The notes under the pieces are model-generated. The model did not search any database. It was given only the letters and a program-made list of their open reading frames with translations, and was not told the origin of the DNA. A stretch of 64,000 bases of DNA from Deltaproteobacteria bacterium (lineage in GTDB: Bacteria; Lernaellota; Lernaellaia; JACKCT01), in contig JAOSJX010000002.1 in assembly GCA_027493875.1 (NCBI GenBank), forward strand, positions 229,349-293,348, in the 5' to 3' direction. This document shows, piece after piece, positions 40,169 to 50,819 of this stretch (position 1 is its first letter; each line of letters opens with the position of its first letter). Made by a program: the position numbers and the translations under genes.

Positions 40169-41618
40169 ACGTCTGTCCAACTGGCCGCTGAAGGTTCCCG
40201 ACGTGCACGTCGTCGAGGCGAAGAGTTACATCGGCCAAACCGAATTCACCGAGGGACGCGGCTTTCGCGTCGTCAATCTTTGCCGTTCGTACCGGTATCA
40301 AAGCGTCGGCTACTACGTTTCGCTGCTCGCCGAGGCGCGCGGCCACCGGCCCTTTCCGCGCGTCAACACCATTCAGGATATGAAATCGGTCACGCTGGTG
40401 CGGTACGCGTCGGAGGATCTCGAACGGCTGATCCAACGGAGTCTGGCACCGCTGCGTTCGCGGCGGTTCGTGCTCAGCATTTATTTCGGAAAAAACGTGG
40501 CCGCGCGCTATGATCGCCTGTGCTCTCAGCTTTTCTCGTTGTTTCACGCGCCGCTGCTTCAGGCGGTGTTCGTGCGCGGCGACAAGTGGCAGCTCCAGAG
40601 CGTCCGCCCGATGGACATCGGCGACGTGCCCGAATCGCACCGTCCTTTTCTCGTCGAGGCCACGGCGGCTTATCTTTCCAAACGGCCGCGCCGGGAACGG
40701 CGCGACGACCGCGCGCCGTACAACATGGCCATTCTTTACAACCCGGACGACCCGTCGTCGCCAAGCGACGACCGGGCGATCCGGCATTTCGCACACGCGG
40801 CCGAGGAACTCGATTTCGACGTCGAGATCATCGACAAGGACGATTACGGCCGCCTCGCGGAATTCGACGCGCTGTTCATCCGCGAGACGACGAGCGTCAA
40901 TCACCACACCTACCGTTTCGCGCGGCGCGCGGCGGCGGAAGGTCTGGTGGTGATCGACGATCCGGACTCGATTCTCCGTTGCACGAACAAGGTGTATCTC
41001 GCCGAGCTGATGAACCGCTACAAGATCCCGACGCCGAAAACGCTGATCCTCAGCGAGGACAATATCGGCGCGGCGCCGGAGTTGCTGGGACTTCCGTGTA
41101 TTCTCAAGCAGCCGGACAGCTCGTTTTCGCAGGGCGTCGTGAAAGCGTCGACGCCGGATGAATTGAGGGAGAAAGCCGAGAAGCTGCTCGAACGTTCCGA
41201 ATTCATCATCGCGCAGGAATTTCTGCCGACGCCGTTCGATTGGCGCGTCGGCGTGCTCGACGGCAAGCCGCTTTATGCGTGCAAGTACCACATGGCGGCG
41301 GGGCACTGGCAGATCGTCAAACACCGCGACTCGGGCCGCATCGGCTACGGCCGCGTGGAGACGATTCCCGTGGACGACGCGCCGGCGCGCGTGGTCCGCA
41401 CGGCGCTAAAGGCGGCGGCCCTCATCGGCAACGGTCTCTACGGGGTGGACCTCAAGGAAGTGGGACGGCGCGTCGTCGTTATCGAGGTCAACGACAATCC
41501 GACCATCGAGCACGGCGAGGAGGACGGCGTGCTCAAAGGTCACCTGTACGTGCGGATCATGCACTACTTTCTCCAAGCCATCGAGCGCCGCAAATCCTCT
41601 CCCGGACGAACCGAGTGA
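40146..41618 (+). CDS. RimK-family ATP-grasp ligase with N-terminal RLAN domain
   Basis: VVNLCRSYRYQSVGYYVSLLAEARGH, FDALFIRETT, RCTNKVYL, LKQPDSSFSQGV, QEFLPT.FDWRVGVL, YGVDLK, IEVNDNP. Confidence 0.9.
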   Translation: MQHLVVVERLSNWPLKVPDVHVVEAKSYIGQTEFTEGRGFRVVNLCRSYRYQSVGYYVSLLAEARGHRPFPRVNTIQDMKSVTLVRYASEDLERLIQRSLAPLRSRRFVLSIYFGKNVAARYDRLCSQLFSLFHAPLLQAVFVRGDKWQLQSVRPMDIGDVPESHRPFLVEATAAYLSKRPRRERRDDRAPYNMAILYNPDDPSSPSDDRAIRHFAHAAEELDFDVEIIDKDDYGRLAEFDALFIRETTSVNHHTYRFARRAAAEGLVVIDDPDSILRCTNKVYLAELMNRYKIPTPKTLILSEDNIGAAPELLGLPCILKQPDSSFSQGVVKASTPDELREKAEKLLERSEFIIAQEFLPTPFDWRVGVLDGKPLYACKYHMAAGHWQIVKHRDSGRIGYGRVETIPVDDAPARVVRTALKAAALIGNGLYGVDLKEVGRRVVVIEVNDNPTIEHGEEDGVLKGHLYVRIMHYFLQAIERRKSSPGRTE

Positions 41619-42854
41619 CGAAGCGGCTCGGCCTTTTCGAAGGGTTCGGCGTCGAAGTCGAATACGCGATCGTACGGCGGGAAGGGCTCGCGGTGTCACC
41701 CGTTTGCGACCGGCTGTTCGACCTCGCGGGCGCGGCGGGGGAATCCGACGTGGAACGCGGCGCGATGGAGTGGTCGAACGAATTGGCGCTTCACGTCGTC
41801 GAGGTCAAGACGAACGGGCCGGCCGCCGCTCTCGCGCCGCTTGCGGACCTGTTCCAGGGCGAAATTCGGGTGCTCAACACTCTTGCTCGAACGGTTGGAC
41901 GCGCGCCTGCTGCCCACGGGGATGCACCCGTTCATGGACCCGCTCACGGAAACGCGTTTGTGGACGAGCGGCTCTTCGGAGATCTACGCGGCGTACGACC
42001 GAATTTTCGATTGCCGAGGCCACGGATGGTCCAATCTCCAAAGCATGCATCTCAACCTCCCCTTTCGCGGCGAGGCGGAGTTCGGGCGGTTGCAGGCGGC
42101 TCTGCGTTTGGTATTGCCGATTCTCCCCGCGCTGGCGGCATCGTCGCCGATTGCCGACGGCCGACCGCAAGGCGCGCGGGATTTCCGGATCGTGAGCTAC
42201 AAGAAGAATCAGGCGTTGATTCCAATCATCACGGGACGTGTCGTGCCCGAACAATATTTCACTGAGCGCGACTACGAACGCGTCGTCAAGGAACCGATCG
42301 CGCGAGCGGTGGCGCCGCACGACCCGGACGGCGTGCTCCGCGGTCCGTGGCTCGATTCGCGCGGATTGTTGCCGCGCTTCGACCGCGGGAGCATCGAGAT
42401 CCGTCTCCTCGACACGCAAGAGTGCCCGCGCGCGGATCTCGCCGTTATCGCCCTGGTGGTCGCGGTCACTCGGGCGCTGGTCGAGGAGCGTTGGTCAACC
42501 CTCGCCGAACAACAAGCATGGGATGTCGATTCGCTGGCGCGCCTTCTGGATGCCTGCGTCGTTTCGGCGGAGGAAACGGTGATCGAGGACGAGCGATTTT
42601 GGGGGGTATTCGGTCTGGCGAAACCGGATGCGCCGCGGGCCGGCGTCTTATGGAACACGCTTTACGAGAGTGTTCACTCGGCCGAGCTCAAGCCGTTTAC
42701 CCGCGAGATTGAAGCGATTTTGAGCAACGGGACACTCGCGTCGCGAATCGTTCGGGCAACGGGCCACAATCCCGATCGCCACAGCATTGAACACGTTTAT
42801 CGCCGACTGGCCGACTGCCTGGATCATGGGCGGATGTTCATCGATGCGGTTTGA
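41615..42854 (+). CDS. Glutamate-cysteine ligase family 2 (GCS2/YbdK-like carboxylate-amine ligase), frameshift near 41890
   Basis: FGVEVEYAIV, NELALHVVEVKT, LLPTGMHP, HGWSNLQSMHLNL, RFDRGSIEIR. Confidence 0.85.
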
Positions 42855-43575
42855 GCGGATATTGCTGACATGCGAGCACGCGACGAACCGCATTCCAGCA
42901 CGCTACCGGACGCTCTTTCGCGACGCCGAAGAGATCCTGGAAAGCCACCGGGGTTATGATCCCGGGGCTCTGGCTTTGACGCGAGCGTTGTCGCGACATC
43001 TCGGCGTCCCCTATTTTGCGACGGACACGTCACGCCTGCTGGTCGAAGGCAACCGCTCGACCGGTCACCCGGCGCATTTTTCCGAATTCACGAAGACGCT
43101 GCCCGAAACCGAACGCGATTTCATTATTGAAAAATACTATCGGCCGTTTCGCCGCTCGTGCCGCCATGCGATCGACGCCATGATGCGGCGCGACGGTTTC
43201 GTCCTGCACCTGTCGGTCCACAGCTTCACGCCGGTCTGGCGCGGCGAAGAACGCCGCGTGGACGTCGCGCTGCTCTACGATCCGTCGCGCCGTCCTGAGC
43301 GCGAATTGTGCGACGCATGGATCGCCGCGCTACGCCGGGCGGACCCGACGCTGCGCATTCGTCGCAACAACCCCTATCGCGGCATCGCGAACGCGCACAC
43401 GACGGAATTGCGGCGGAGCTACGGCGCACCGAAATACGCGGGGATCGAGATCGAGGTCAATCAGCGGGTTTTAGCCGTACCGAACGCCCCCGGGACCATC
43501 GGGGCGCTGCTGACGTCCACGCTGCGCACCGCCGCGGCGGTCAAATCTCTTTCGGCCCACCGTCGTCGGTCATGA
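42844..43575 (+). CDS. N-formylglutamate amidohydrolase family protein
   Basis: [55 protein letters not shown]. Confidence 0.88.
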   Translation: MRFERILLTCEHATNRIPARYRTLFRDAEEILESHRGYDPGALALTRALSRHLGVPYFATDTSRLLVEGNRSTGHPAHFSEFTKTLPETERDFIIEKYYRPFRRSCRHAIDAMMRRDGFVLHLSVHSFTPVWRGEERRVDVALLYDPSRRPERELCDAWIAALRRADPTLRIRRNNPYRGIANAHTTELRRSYGAPKYAGIEIEVNQRVLAVPNAPGTIGALLTSTLRTAAAVKSLSAHRRRS

Positions 43576-45124
43576 GAATACGATAAAGATCCTTCCGCCG
43601 GTCGGTCCAGTTGAGGGTGGTTCCGGTGTAGCGGTGACGCCGAAGCAGCTCGATATCCACGTCGTGCACGAGGATTGTTTCGATGTTCGGCGTGCATTCC
43701 GCCGCGATACCGTCGCGGTCGAACATCACGTCCGAGGGCGTGAAGATCGCCGATTGAGCGTAGTGGATGTCCGCATTGTCGACGTCGGGCAGGTTGCCGG
43801 TGCAGCCCGAGACGGCCACGTAAACGTGGTTTTCGATGCAGCGGGCTTGCGCGCAATACCGCACCCGCAGATAGCCGTAGCGGTCGTTCGTGTTGTAGGG
43901 GACGAAGATGATCTGCGCCCCCTTGGCGACGGCGACGCGGCACAGTTCGGGAAATTCGATGTCGTAGCAGACCAGAATCGCGACTTTGCCGCGGTCGGTA
44001 TCGAACACCAGGAGCGAGCCGCCGCTCTTGACCCCCCACCACCGCCGTTCCGCGGGCGTGATGTGCAGCTTGTATTGTTTGCCGACCGACCCGTCGCGCC
44101 CGAAGAGATAAGCGACGTTGTAGAGATCACCATCCTCCACCGAGAATTGCGTTCCGCCGATGATGTTGACGTTGTATTTGATGGCCAGGCTCTTAAAGAG
44201 ATCGATGTACTGGTCGGTGTATTCCGCGAGTTTGCGCGCCGCGAGGCTGGGCCGCTTGACGCGGTTGAACGAGAGGAGCTGCGTGGTGAACAGCTCGGGG
44301 AACAGCAGGAAGTCGGCGTGGTAATCGGATGCCGTGTCCACGAAGTACGTCACGTGGCGCGCGAATTCCTCGAACGACGCCACGGTGCGCATATGAAACT
44401 GCACCACCGCGAGCCGGACCTTCTGCACCGGCAGTACGCGGCGCGCGTCCTGCGCGCGATAATCGAGGTTGATCCATTCCAGGAACGTCGCATAGCCGCG
44501 CGACTCCTTATCGCCGGGCAGATATCCCGGAATGATCCGCCGCAGCTCGAAGCCGTTGGATAGTTGCGCCGTCAGCACGGGATCGAAATATTCCTTGGAC
44601 ACGACGCGCTCGACGTATTCTTCGGGGCTCATGCGGTCCGCGTGTTGCCCGTATCCCGGAATGCGCCCGCCGATGATGATGCGGGCTAGATTTTTCTTCC
44701 TCGCGAGCGCCTTGCGCGCTTCATAGAGGCGGCGCGAGAGGCGCATGCCGCGGTAGTCCGGCTCGACCATGATTTCGATGCCGTACAGCGTGTCGCCGTT
44801 ATCGTCGTGCGTGCCGATGTATCCGTTGTCGGCGATCGCGTGCCAGTCGTGCCAGTCGGAGTGCAGATCGAAGCTCACGATCAGGGAGCTGGACGAGGCG
44901 ACGATCCGTTCCCCGTCGACAACGCACAACTGCCCATCCCGAAACCGCTCGATCTGCGCCTGGAACTGGTCCGGTTTCCACGGCGGCATGCCGGGAAAGC
45001 ACCGGAGTTGGAGCGCGCGGACAACGTTATAATCCGACCCGCGCAGCCGCCGGACGTGCAGCCGGCCTTTCACTTTCAGTTCGGATTTCGGCTTGACGCG
45101 CACTTTTCCCTTCGAGCCCGGCAT
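43541..45124 (-). CDS. Bifunctional GNAT acetyltransferase / carbon-nitrogen (nitrilase-family) hydrolase
   Basis: [20 protein letters not shown]; nitrilase triad [22 protein letters not shown]. Confidence 0.92.
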   Translation of the reverse strand: MPGSKGKVRVKPKSELKVKGRLHVRRLRGSDYNVVRALQLRCFPGMPPWKPDQFQAQIERFRDGQLCVVDGERIVASSSSLIVSFDLHSDWHDWHAIADNGYIGTHDDNGDTLYGIEIMVEPDYRGMRLSRRLYEARKALARKKNLARIIIGGRIPGYGQHADRMSPEEYVERVVSKEYFDPVLTAQLSNGFELRRIIPGYLPGDKESRGYATFLEWINLDYRAQDARRVLPVQKVRLAVVQFHMRTVASFEEFARHVTYFVDTASDYHADFLLFPELFTTQLLSFNRVKRPSLAARKLAEYTDQYIDLFKSLAIKYNVNIIGGTQFSVEDGDLYNVAYLFGRDGSVGKQYKLHITPAERRWWGVKSGGSLLVFDTDRGKVAILVCYDIEFPELCRVAVAKGAQIIFVPYNTNDRYGYLRVRYCAQARCIENHVYVAVSGCTGNLPDVDNADIHYAQSAIFTPSDVMFDRDGIAAECTPNIETILVHDVDIELLRRHRYTGTTLNWTDRRKDLYRILMTDDGGPKEI

Positions 45125-45201
45125 CGCTCAATCCTCGTGGGGTCCTAACCAATTGAGATTACGCCAAAGCGGGAATTTGGAGAACAGGAGGCGAGGCAGA
45201 A

Positions 45202-45654
45202 TCAGTGCTTTCCCGTGTGCCCGAAACCGCCCTCGCCGCGGCCGGTGTCGGACAGGTCGTCCGTGACGTCGAGTTCGGCGCGTTCGACGCGCGCGAGGAC
45301 GAGTTGCGCGACGCGGTCACCGTGCTCGATAGTGAAGGGTTCCGCACCGAGGTTGGCGAGAATGACGCGGAGTTCGCCCCGGTAGTCCGAGTCGATCGTA
45401 CCGGGGGTGTTCAGGCAGGTCACGCCGTGCTTGAGCGCCAGCCCGCTACGCGGCCGGACCTGCACTTCGTAACCGCGCGGTACCTCGAGAATCAAGCCGG
45501 TCGGGACGGCCTCCCGCGCGCCGGGGTTCAGAACAAGCGGCTCATCGAGCGACGCGCGCACGTCCATGCCGGACGCACCGTCCGTCATATACGAAGGGAG
45601 CGGCGCTTCGGCCGCTCCCTCGATGCGTTTAATGCGCAGGCGAACCGCGGCCAT
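45202..45654 (-). CDS. dut: dUTP diphosphatase
   Basis: [42 protein letters not shown]. Confidence 0.95.
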   Translation of the reverse strand: MAAVRLRIKRIEGAAEAPLPSYMTDGASGMDVRASLDEPLVLNPGAREAVPTGLILEVPRGYEVQVRPRSGLALKHGVTCLNTPGTIDSDYRGELRVILANLGAEPFTIEHGDRVAQLVLARVERAELDVTDDLSDTGRGEGGFGHTGKH

Positions 45655-45656
45655 CG

Positions 45657-47768
45657 CTAGTCCAACACGTCCTTGGGATCGACGCCGAGCGCTTCCTTGT
45701 GCGACAGGCGCACGCGGCCGGTCCGGTCAATTTCGAGCACCTTGACGAGAATCTCGTCGTTCTCGCTGACAACCTCACGGACGTCCTTGATGCGGCGATC
45801 GGCGAGCTGGAGAGATATGCACGAGGCCTTCCTGACCGGGCAGCACTTCGACGAAGCAGCCGAAGTCCGTGATCTTCACGACGCGGCCCATATAAAACTT
45901 GCCGACTTCCACGTCCTGCGTGTACCGGCGCACGAGGCGGACCGCTTCATCCGCCGCTTCCATGTCGGCGCTGGCGATGAGCACGCGGCCGTCGTCCTCG
46001 ACGTCGATTTTGACGCCGGTCTGCTCGACGATGGAGCGGATGATCTTTCCGCCCGGGCCGATGACGTCCTTGATGCGGTCCACGGGAATGCGGATGGTGA
46101 TGATGCGCGGTGCGTATTTGGAGATTTCCTCGACGGGCTTCGCGATCGCCTTGTTCATCTCGCCGAGAATGTGAATGCGCCCGACGCGGGCCTGCTCCAG
46201 CGCTTCCGTGAGGATTTCGCCGGTGATGCCGCCGACCTTGTTGTCCATCTGAATGGCGGACACGCCCTCCTCGCCGCCGACGACCTTGAAGTCCATGTCG
46301 CCGAGGTGATCCTCGTCGCCGAGAATGTCGGAGAGCACGGCGTACTTATCGCCTTCCTTGATGAGACCCATGGCGATGCCGCCCACGGCGCGGCTGACGG
46401 GAATGCCCGCCTGCATCATCGCGAGGGAGGAACCGCAAACCGTGGCCATCGAGGACGAACCATTCGACTCGAGAATGTCGGAGACAATGCGCACGGTGTA
46501 CGGGAAGGATTCCTGATCGGGCAACACGCCTTCGAGACCGCGCCGCGCGAGGGCGCCGTGGCCGATTTCGCGGCGGCCCGGGCCGCGAAGGAATTTAGTT
46601 TCGCCGACCGAAAACGGCGGGAAGTTATAGTGCAGCAGGAAGCGGCGCCACTCCTCTTCGTTGAGGCCTTCGATTTTCTGCTCGTCGTAACGCGTTCCGA
46701 GCGTCACGATGACCATGGCCTGCGTCTCGCCGCGCGTGAACAGAGCGCTGCCGTGCGGACGGGGCAGGATGCCGACTTCGCAGGAGATGTTCCGGATGTC
46801 CTTCGACCCGCGGCCGTCCACGCGGACGCCCTGGTCGAGGATCATTGAACGCATCTCGCGGTACTTCAGTTCCTCGTAAGCCTTCGTGAGATCCTTTTCC
46901 GCGTACTCGGCTTCCGGGTTGTCCGCGAGGATTTTTTCGACCGTGGCTTTTTTCACGCTCCGAAGCGTGTCGTAACGCTCCGCCTTGACCTTGGTGGTCA
47001 GCGCTTTTTTGAGGTCGTTCATGCAGACCGACGCGACCAAGTCGACGAGGTCGGTCCGCGGCGCGGGCGGCTCGAATTCGACTTTCGGCTCGCCGGCCTT
47101 CTCGCGCAACTCGTGCTGCATCTTAATGAGGGGCTGGAGGCTTTCGTGGCCGAAGACGAGGGCGTCGACGACCGCTTTTTCCGGGACGAAATTGGCACCG
47201 CCCTCGACCATGACGATGGCGTCCTCGGTGCCGACGACGATGATGTCCATGTCGCTGGCGTTCATCTGCTCATGGGTTGGGTTACAGATCAATTTTTCCG
47301 TCCACACGCCCGACGCGAACGCCCGCCAGCGGCCCGCCGAACGGGATGCGCGACAGGTGCAACGCCGCCGAGGCGGCCGTGATGGCGAGCGGTTCCGCGG
47401 GGTGGATCTCGTCCTTGGAGATGACGCTGACGATGACCTGAATCTCGCGCGTCCATCCCTCCGGAAAGAGCGGGCGCAGCGGCCGGTCGATCATCCGGCT
47501 CGTCAGCGTTTCTTTCTCGGTGGGACGGCCTTCGCGCTTAAAGAAACCGCCCGGAATGCGTCCGGCGGCCCACGTCTTTTCCTGGTAGTCGCAGGTGAGC
47601 GGGAGGGAAATCGACGCCCTCCCGTTCGGAGGAGGCGGTGACGGCGGTGGCCATAACGATGGTTTCGCCGACCGTGGCCACGACGGCGCCGTGCGCCTGT
47701 TTGGCGAGGTGCCCGGTTTCGAGCCGGAACGGAGCCCCGTGAAAATCGAGTTCAACAAACTGTTTCAT
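45657..47768 (-). CDS. pnp: Polyribonucleotide nucleotidyltransferase (several frameshifts)
   Basis: [63 protein letters not shown] and S1 domains. Confidence 0.95.
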
Positions 47769-47852
47769 CAACGTATTCCTTTTAATGAACGCCGAAACCC
47801 CGGACGCACGTGGACGTACCACGGCCCGCGGAGTGGGCGAGTGACATTGTTT

Positions 47853-48121
47853 TTACTTACGCAGGCCGAGGGTGCCGATCAGCTTTTGTAGCGCTCGACG
47901 TCCTTCTTGCGCAGATAGGACAACAGGGCGCGACGCTGGCTGACGATCTTCAACAGGCCGCGGCGGGAGTGATGGTCCTTGTCGTGGCTCTTGAAGTGGT
48001 CGGAAAGGTAGTCCAGCCGGGCCGACAGAAGGGCCACCTGGACTTCGGGAGAGCCGGTATCGCCGTCGTGCGTCTTGAATTTGTGCACGATCTCCCCTTT
48101 TTGTTCGCTGGTGAGACTCAT
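47853..48121 (-). CDS. rpsO: 30S ribosomal protein S15 (frameshift near 47885)
   Basis: [28 protein letters not shown], ends LIGTLGLRK. Confidence 0.95.
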
Positions 48122-48208
48122 TCTTTCTTTCTCCTGTATCTTCTTTTTTCCTACATCTTTTCTTCGGCGCCGATTTAGCACAGTTGGGATACGCCGACAA
48201 GCCTCCGG

Positions 48209-49145
48209 TTATTCATCCGCCTCACCCCCTTCCGGCGGAAAAACGCAGGCCAATCCGAGCTTTTGGGGCTCGGCCCGGGAGAGACGGCCGACGGCGAGCA
48301 GACGACCGTCCGGCCCCAGCAGGCGGACGGCACCGGATTCCGGAGGGTTGCCCGAGAGATCGTCCGGCGAAACGGCGCGGCCGTGGATGATATCGGCGGC
48401 CCGGCTCTCGTCCGCGGTCAGAGCCGGCAGATCGGGCAGCGCGTCTTCCATGGGGATCAACACCGACGCCAAAAGTTTTGAGCGCTCCGCGTGGCCTCGG
48501 CCTCATGAGCGATGAGATCGTCGAGGCGGCGCGCCCGGTCCACGGACCAGTTGCCCGAGCTCAGGCGCCGCAACGAGGACAGATGCGCGGCGCCTCCGAG
48601 ACGGCGGCCCAACTCGTCGGCGAGCGACCGGACGTAGGTCCCCTTGGAGCACCGGACGAACACGCGGAACGCGTCCCTGCGCCGTTCGATCAAGCGGAGC
48701 TCGTGCAGTTCCACGGCGACCGGTTTCCGTTCGATCTCCAAACCTTTCCGCGCCAGCCGGTACAACGCTCTGCCGCCGATTTTTTCGCCGAGTACATGGG
48801 CGGCACCTGGTGCCGCGCGCCCGTCATGGCGCGGAGGGCGCGTTCGATCGCGCGTTTGTCGGGAAGGCGTCCATCGTGCGTGGCGACGGTATCCCCCAGG
48901 CGATCCATCGTATCGGTGGCGGTACCCCACGCGATCTCGGCTTCGTAGCTCTTTTCATCGAGCACGAGAAACTGGGACAACCGTGTCGCCCGGCCGACCA
49001 GAACGACGAGCAGGCCGGTCGCCATCGGGTCGAGCGTTCCGGCGTGACCCACGCGCTTGATTCCGAAATAGCGGCGCGCGCGCGCGACGACGGCGTGACT
49101 GGACGGCCCCTCGTCCTTATCGACCAGCAGAATTCCGGAAGGCAT
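48209..49145 (-). CDS. truB: tRNA pseudouridine(55) synthase (frameshifts)
   Basis: GILLVDKDEGPSSH, VGHAGTLDPMATG, QVPPMYSA, CSKGTYVRSL. Confidence 0.93.
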
Positions 49146-50116
49146 CAGGACAAATGCGTTTTGAGGATGCCGACCAGATGCGCGCGAACGTCGGCCAGCG
49201 TGCCGTCCGTCGTGAAGCCCGCCGCGCGCCGGTGCCCGCCGCCGCCGAATTCGCCCGTGACCAACGTCGAATCCACCCGCTCGGTCGTCCGAACCGACCC
49301 TTTGATGCGCTTCCGGCCTTCGACGAAGACTTCGCGGATGAGATACGACGCCTCGACCCCGCGAATCGTGAGCGGAAAATCGACGAACCCCTCGAGTGTT
49401 TCCGAGGACACGCCCAATTTTTTCATGAGTTCGTTCGTTACGACCATCCCGGCGACCTGTCCGCCGACGTCGAGTTCGAGCGTCGCGAGCGCTTCGGCGA
49501 ACAGGCGCGCTTTTTCCGGCGGCTGCTCGACGAACAGCGCGCGCGCAATGGCCGCGGGGTCGGCGCCGTGCTCGACCATCGCGGCGCACGCGCGGAAGGA
49601 CGCGGGCGTCGCGTTCGTGTTGAAAAACGATCGCGTGTCCGAGATGACGCCGGTATAGAGGCAGGTCGCGACGGCGGCGTCGAACTCGAAATCCATGGCC
49701 GTCAGCACGCGGTAGACGATCTCGCTCGTCGAGCTCGCGTGCTCGTCCACGAGGTTGACGTGGCCGAAGTTCGGGTTCGAGGCGTGGTGATCCATATTGA
49801 CGATGAAGGAATGATCCTTGACGCGCGGCAGAACGCGGCCGACACGCTCGAAGTCGCCGCAATCGAGGACCAAGAGCGCGTCGAAATCCGCGACGTCCGG
49901 CAAGTCGTTCACGATCGCGTCCAAATCGGGCAGGTACGAAAGATAGCTCGGCGGCGTGTCCTGGCTGTAGAAGACCGCGCGCTTGCCCATTTTGCGAAGC
50001 GCCAGCGCGAGGCCGTGCGCGCCGCCGATGGCGTCGCCGTCCGGGTTGGTGTGCGTCATCAGGAGAAAAGACGCGTGTTCCCGTAGCGCCGCCGATGCGC
50101 GGGCCAAATCACTCAT
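49145..50116 (-). CDS. nrnA: DHH/DHHA1 phosphoesterase (NrnA-like oligoribonuclease/pAp phosphatase)
   Basis: HTNPDGDA, LVLDC, MDHH, LYTGVISDT.SF, FGGGGHRRAAG. Confidence 0.9.
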   Translation of the reverse strand: MSDLARASAALREHASFLLMTHTNPDGDAIGGAHGLALALRKMGKRAVFYSQDTPPSYLSYLPDLDAIVNDLPDVADFDALLVLDCGDFERVGRVLPRVKDHSFIVNMDHHASNPNFGHVNLVDEHASSTSEIVYRVLTAMDFEFDAAVATCLYTGVISDTRSFFNTNATPASFRACAAMVEHGADPAAIARALFVEQPPEKARLFAEALATLELDVGGQVAGMVVTNELMKKLGVSSETLEGFVDFPLTIRGVEASYLIREVFVEGRKRIKGSVRTTERVDSTLVTGEFGGGGHRRAAGFTTDGTLADVRAHLVGILKTHLS

Positions 50117-50517
50117 CGTCTTCCTCCTCGGGGTCGCCGTCCGGCCGCTCCGTCCGGATCTCTCGGAAAATCCGCTCCATCGCGTCGGCGTGCGCCGGCC
50201 CGGGATCGTAGAGAAAATGCAGTTCCGGCGTGTGCTGGAGCCGGAGCTGATCGGCCAACATCCGGCGCAGACGCCCCGACGCGGAGGCGAGTCCCTCGGC
50301 GGCGCCCTCGATGTCACCTTCGTCTCCGATCATGCTGAAACGGACTTTCGCATGGCGGTAATCCCGGCTGATTTCCACGGAGGTTACCTGCACGCCGACG
50401 AGGCGCGGGTCGGGAAAGATCCGTGACGACGGCGCTCGCGACGAGGCGCTGAATCTCGGCGTTGATCCGGTCGAGCCGGCTGAAGCCGACGTATTTTCGG
50501 GAGCGTTTTTTTCGCAT
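50109..50517 (-). CDS. rbfA: Ribosome-binding factor A (frameshift near 50415)
   Basis: RLDRINAEI, DPRL..VQVTSVEISRDYRHAKV, RLQHTPELHFLYD. Confidence 0.9.
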
Positions 50518-50519
50518 CG

Positions 50520-50808
50520 CTACACGTTCATGATCTCGATGTCGTGGTCGCCCACTTCGGCCAATTGCAGGCCGTCCACGTGGTTCAACACCTTATCCAA
50601 CACGGAGTTGATAAATCGCCGGTCGTTGCCGACCGCCACAAACGCGAGTTCGGCCTGGCCGAGCGCATCGTTTTCCCCGACCTCGGCGGCACTCACGTTA
50701 AACTCGTTGCGCGTGCGGTGAAGGATGCGTTTGACCACGCCGCGTTTGTCCTTGAGCGAAAACGCATCGTGGAGGTAGACGCGAAGGGTGAAGCACGCCG
50801 ATCACCAT
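50520..50808 (-). CDS. DUF503 (YlxP-like) protein (one indel)
   Basis: SLKDKRGVVKRILHRTRNEFNVSAAEVG..D; typical position between infB and rbfA. Confidence 0.85.
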
Positions 50809-50819
50809 GGAAACCCCGG

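Noticed and set aside
48122-48208. Purine-rich imperfect direct repeat (AAGATGTAGGA / AAGATACAGGA) in the rpsO leader as an S15 autoregulatory RNA
   Set aside because: No convincing stem-loop or pseudoknot could be drawn by eye; needs an Infernal search
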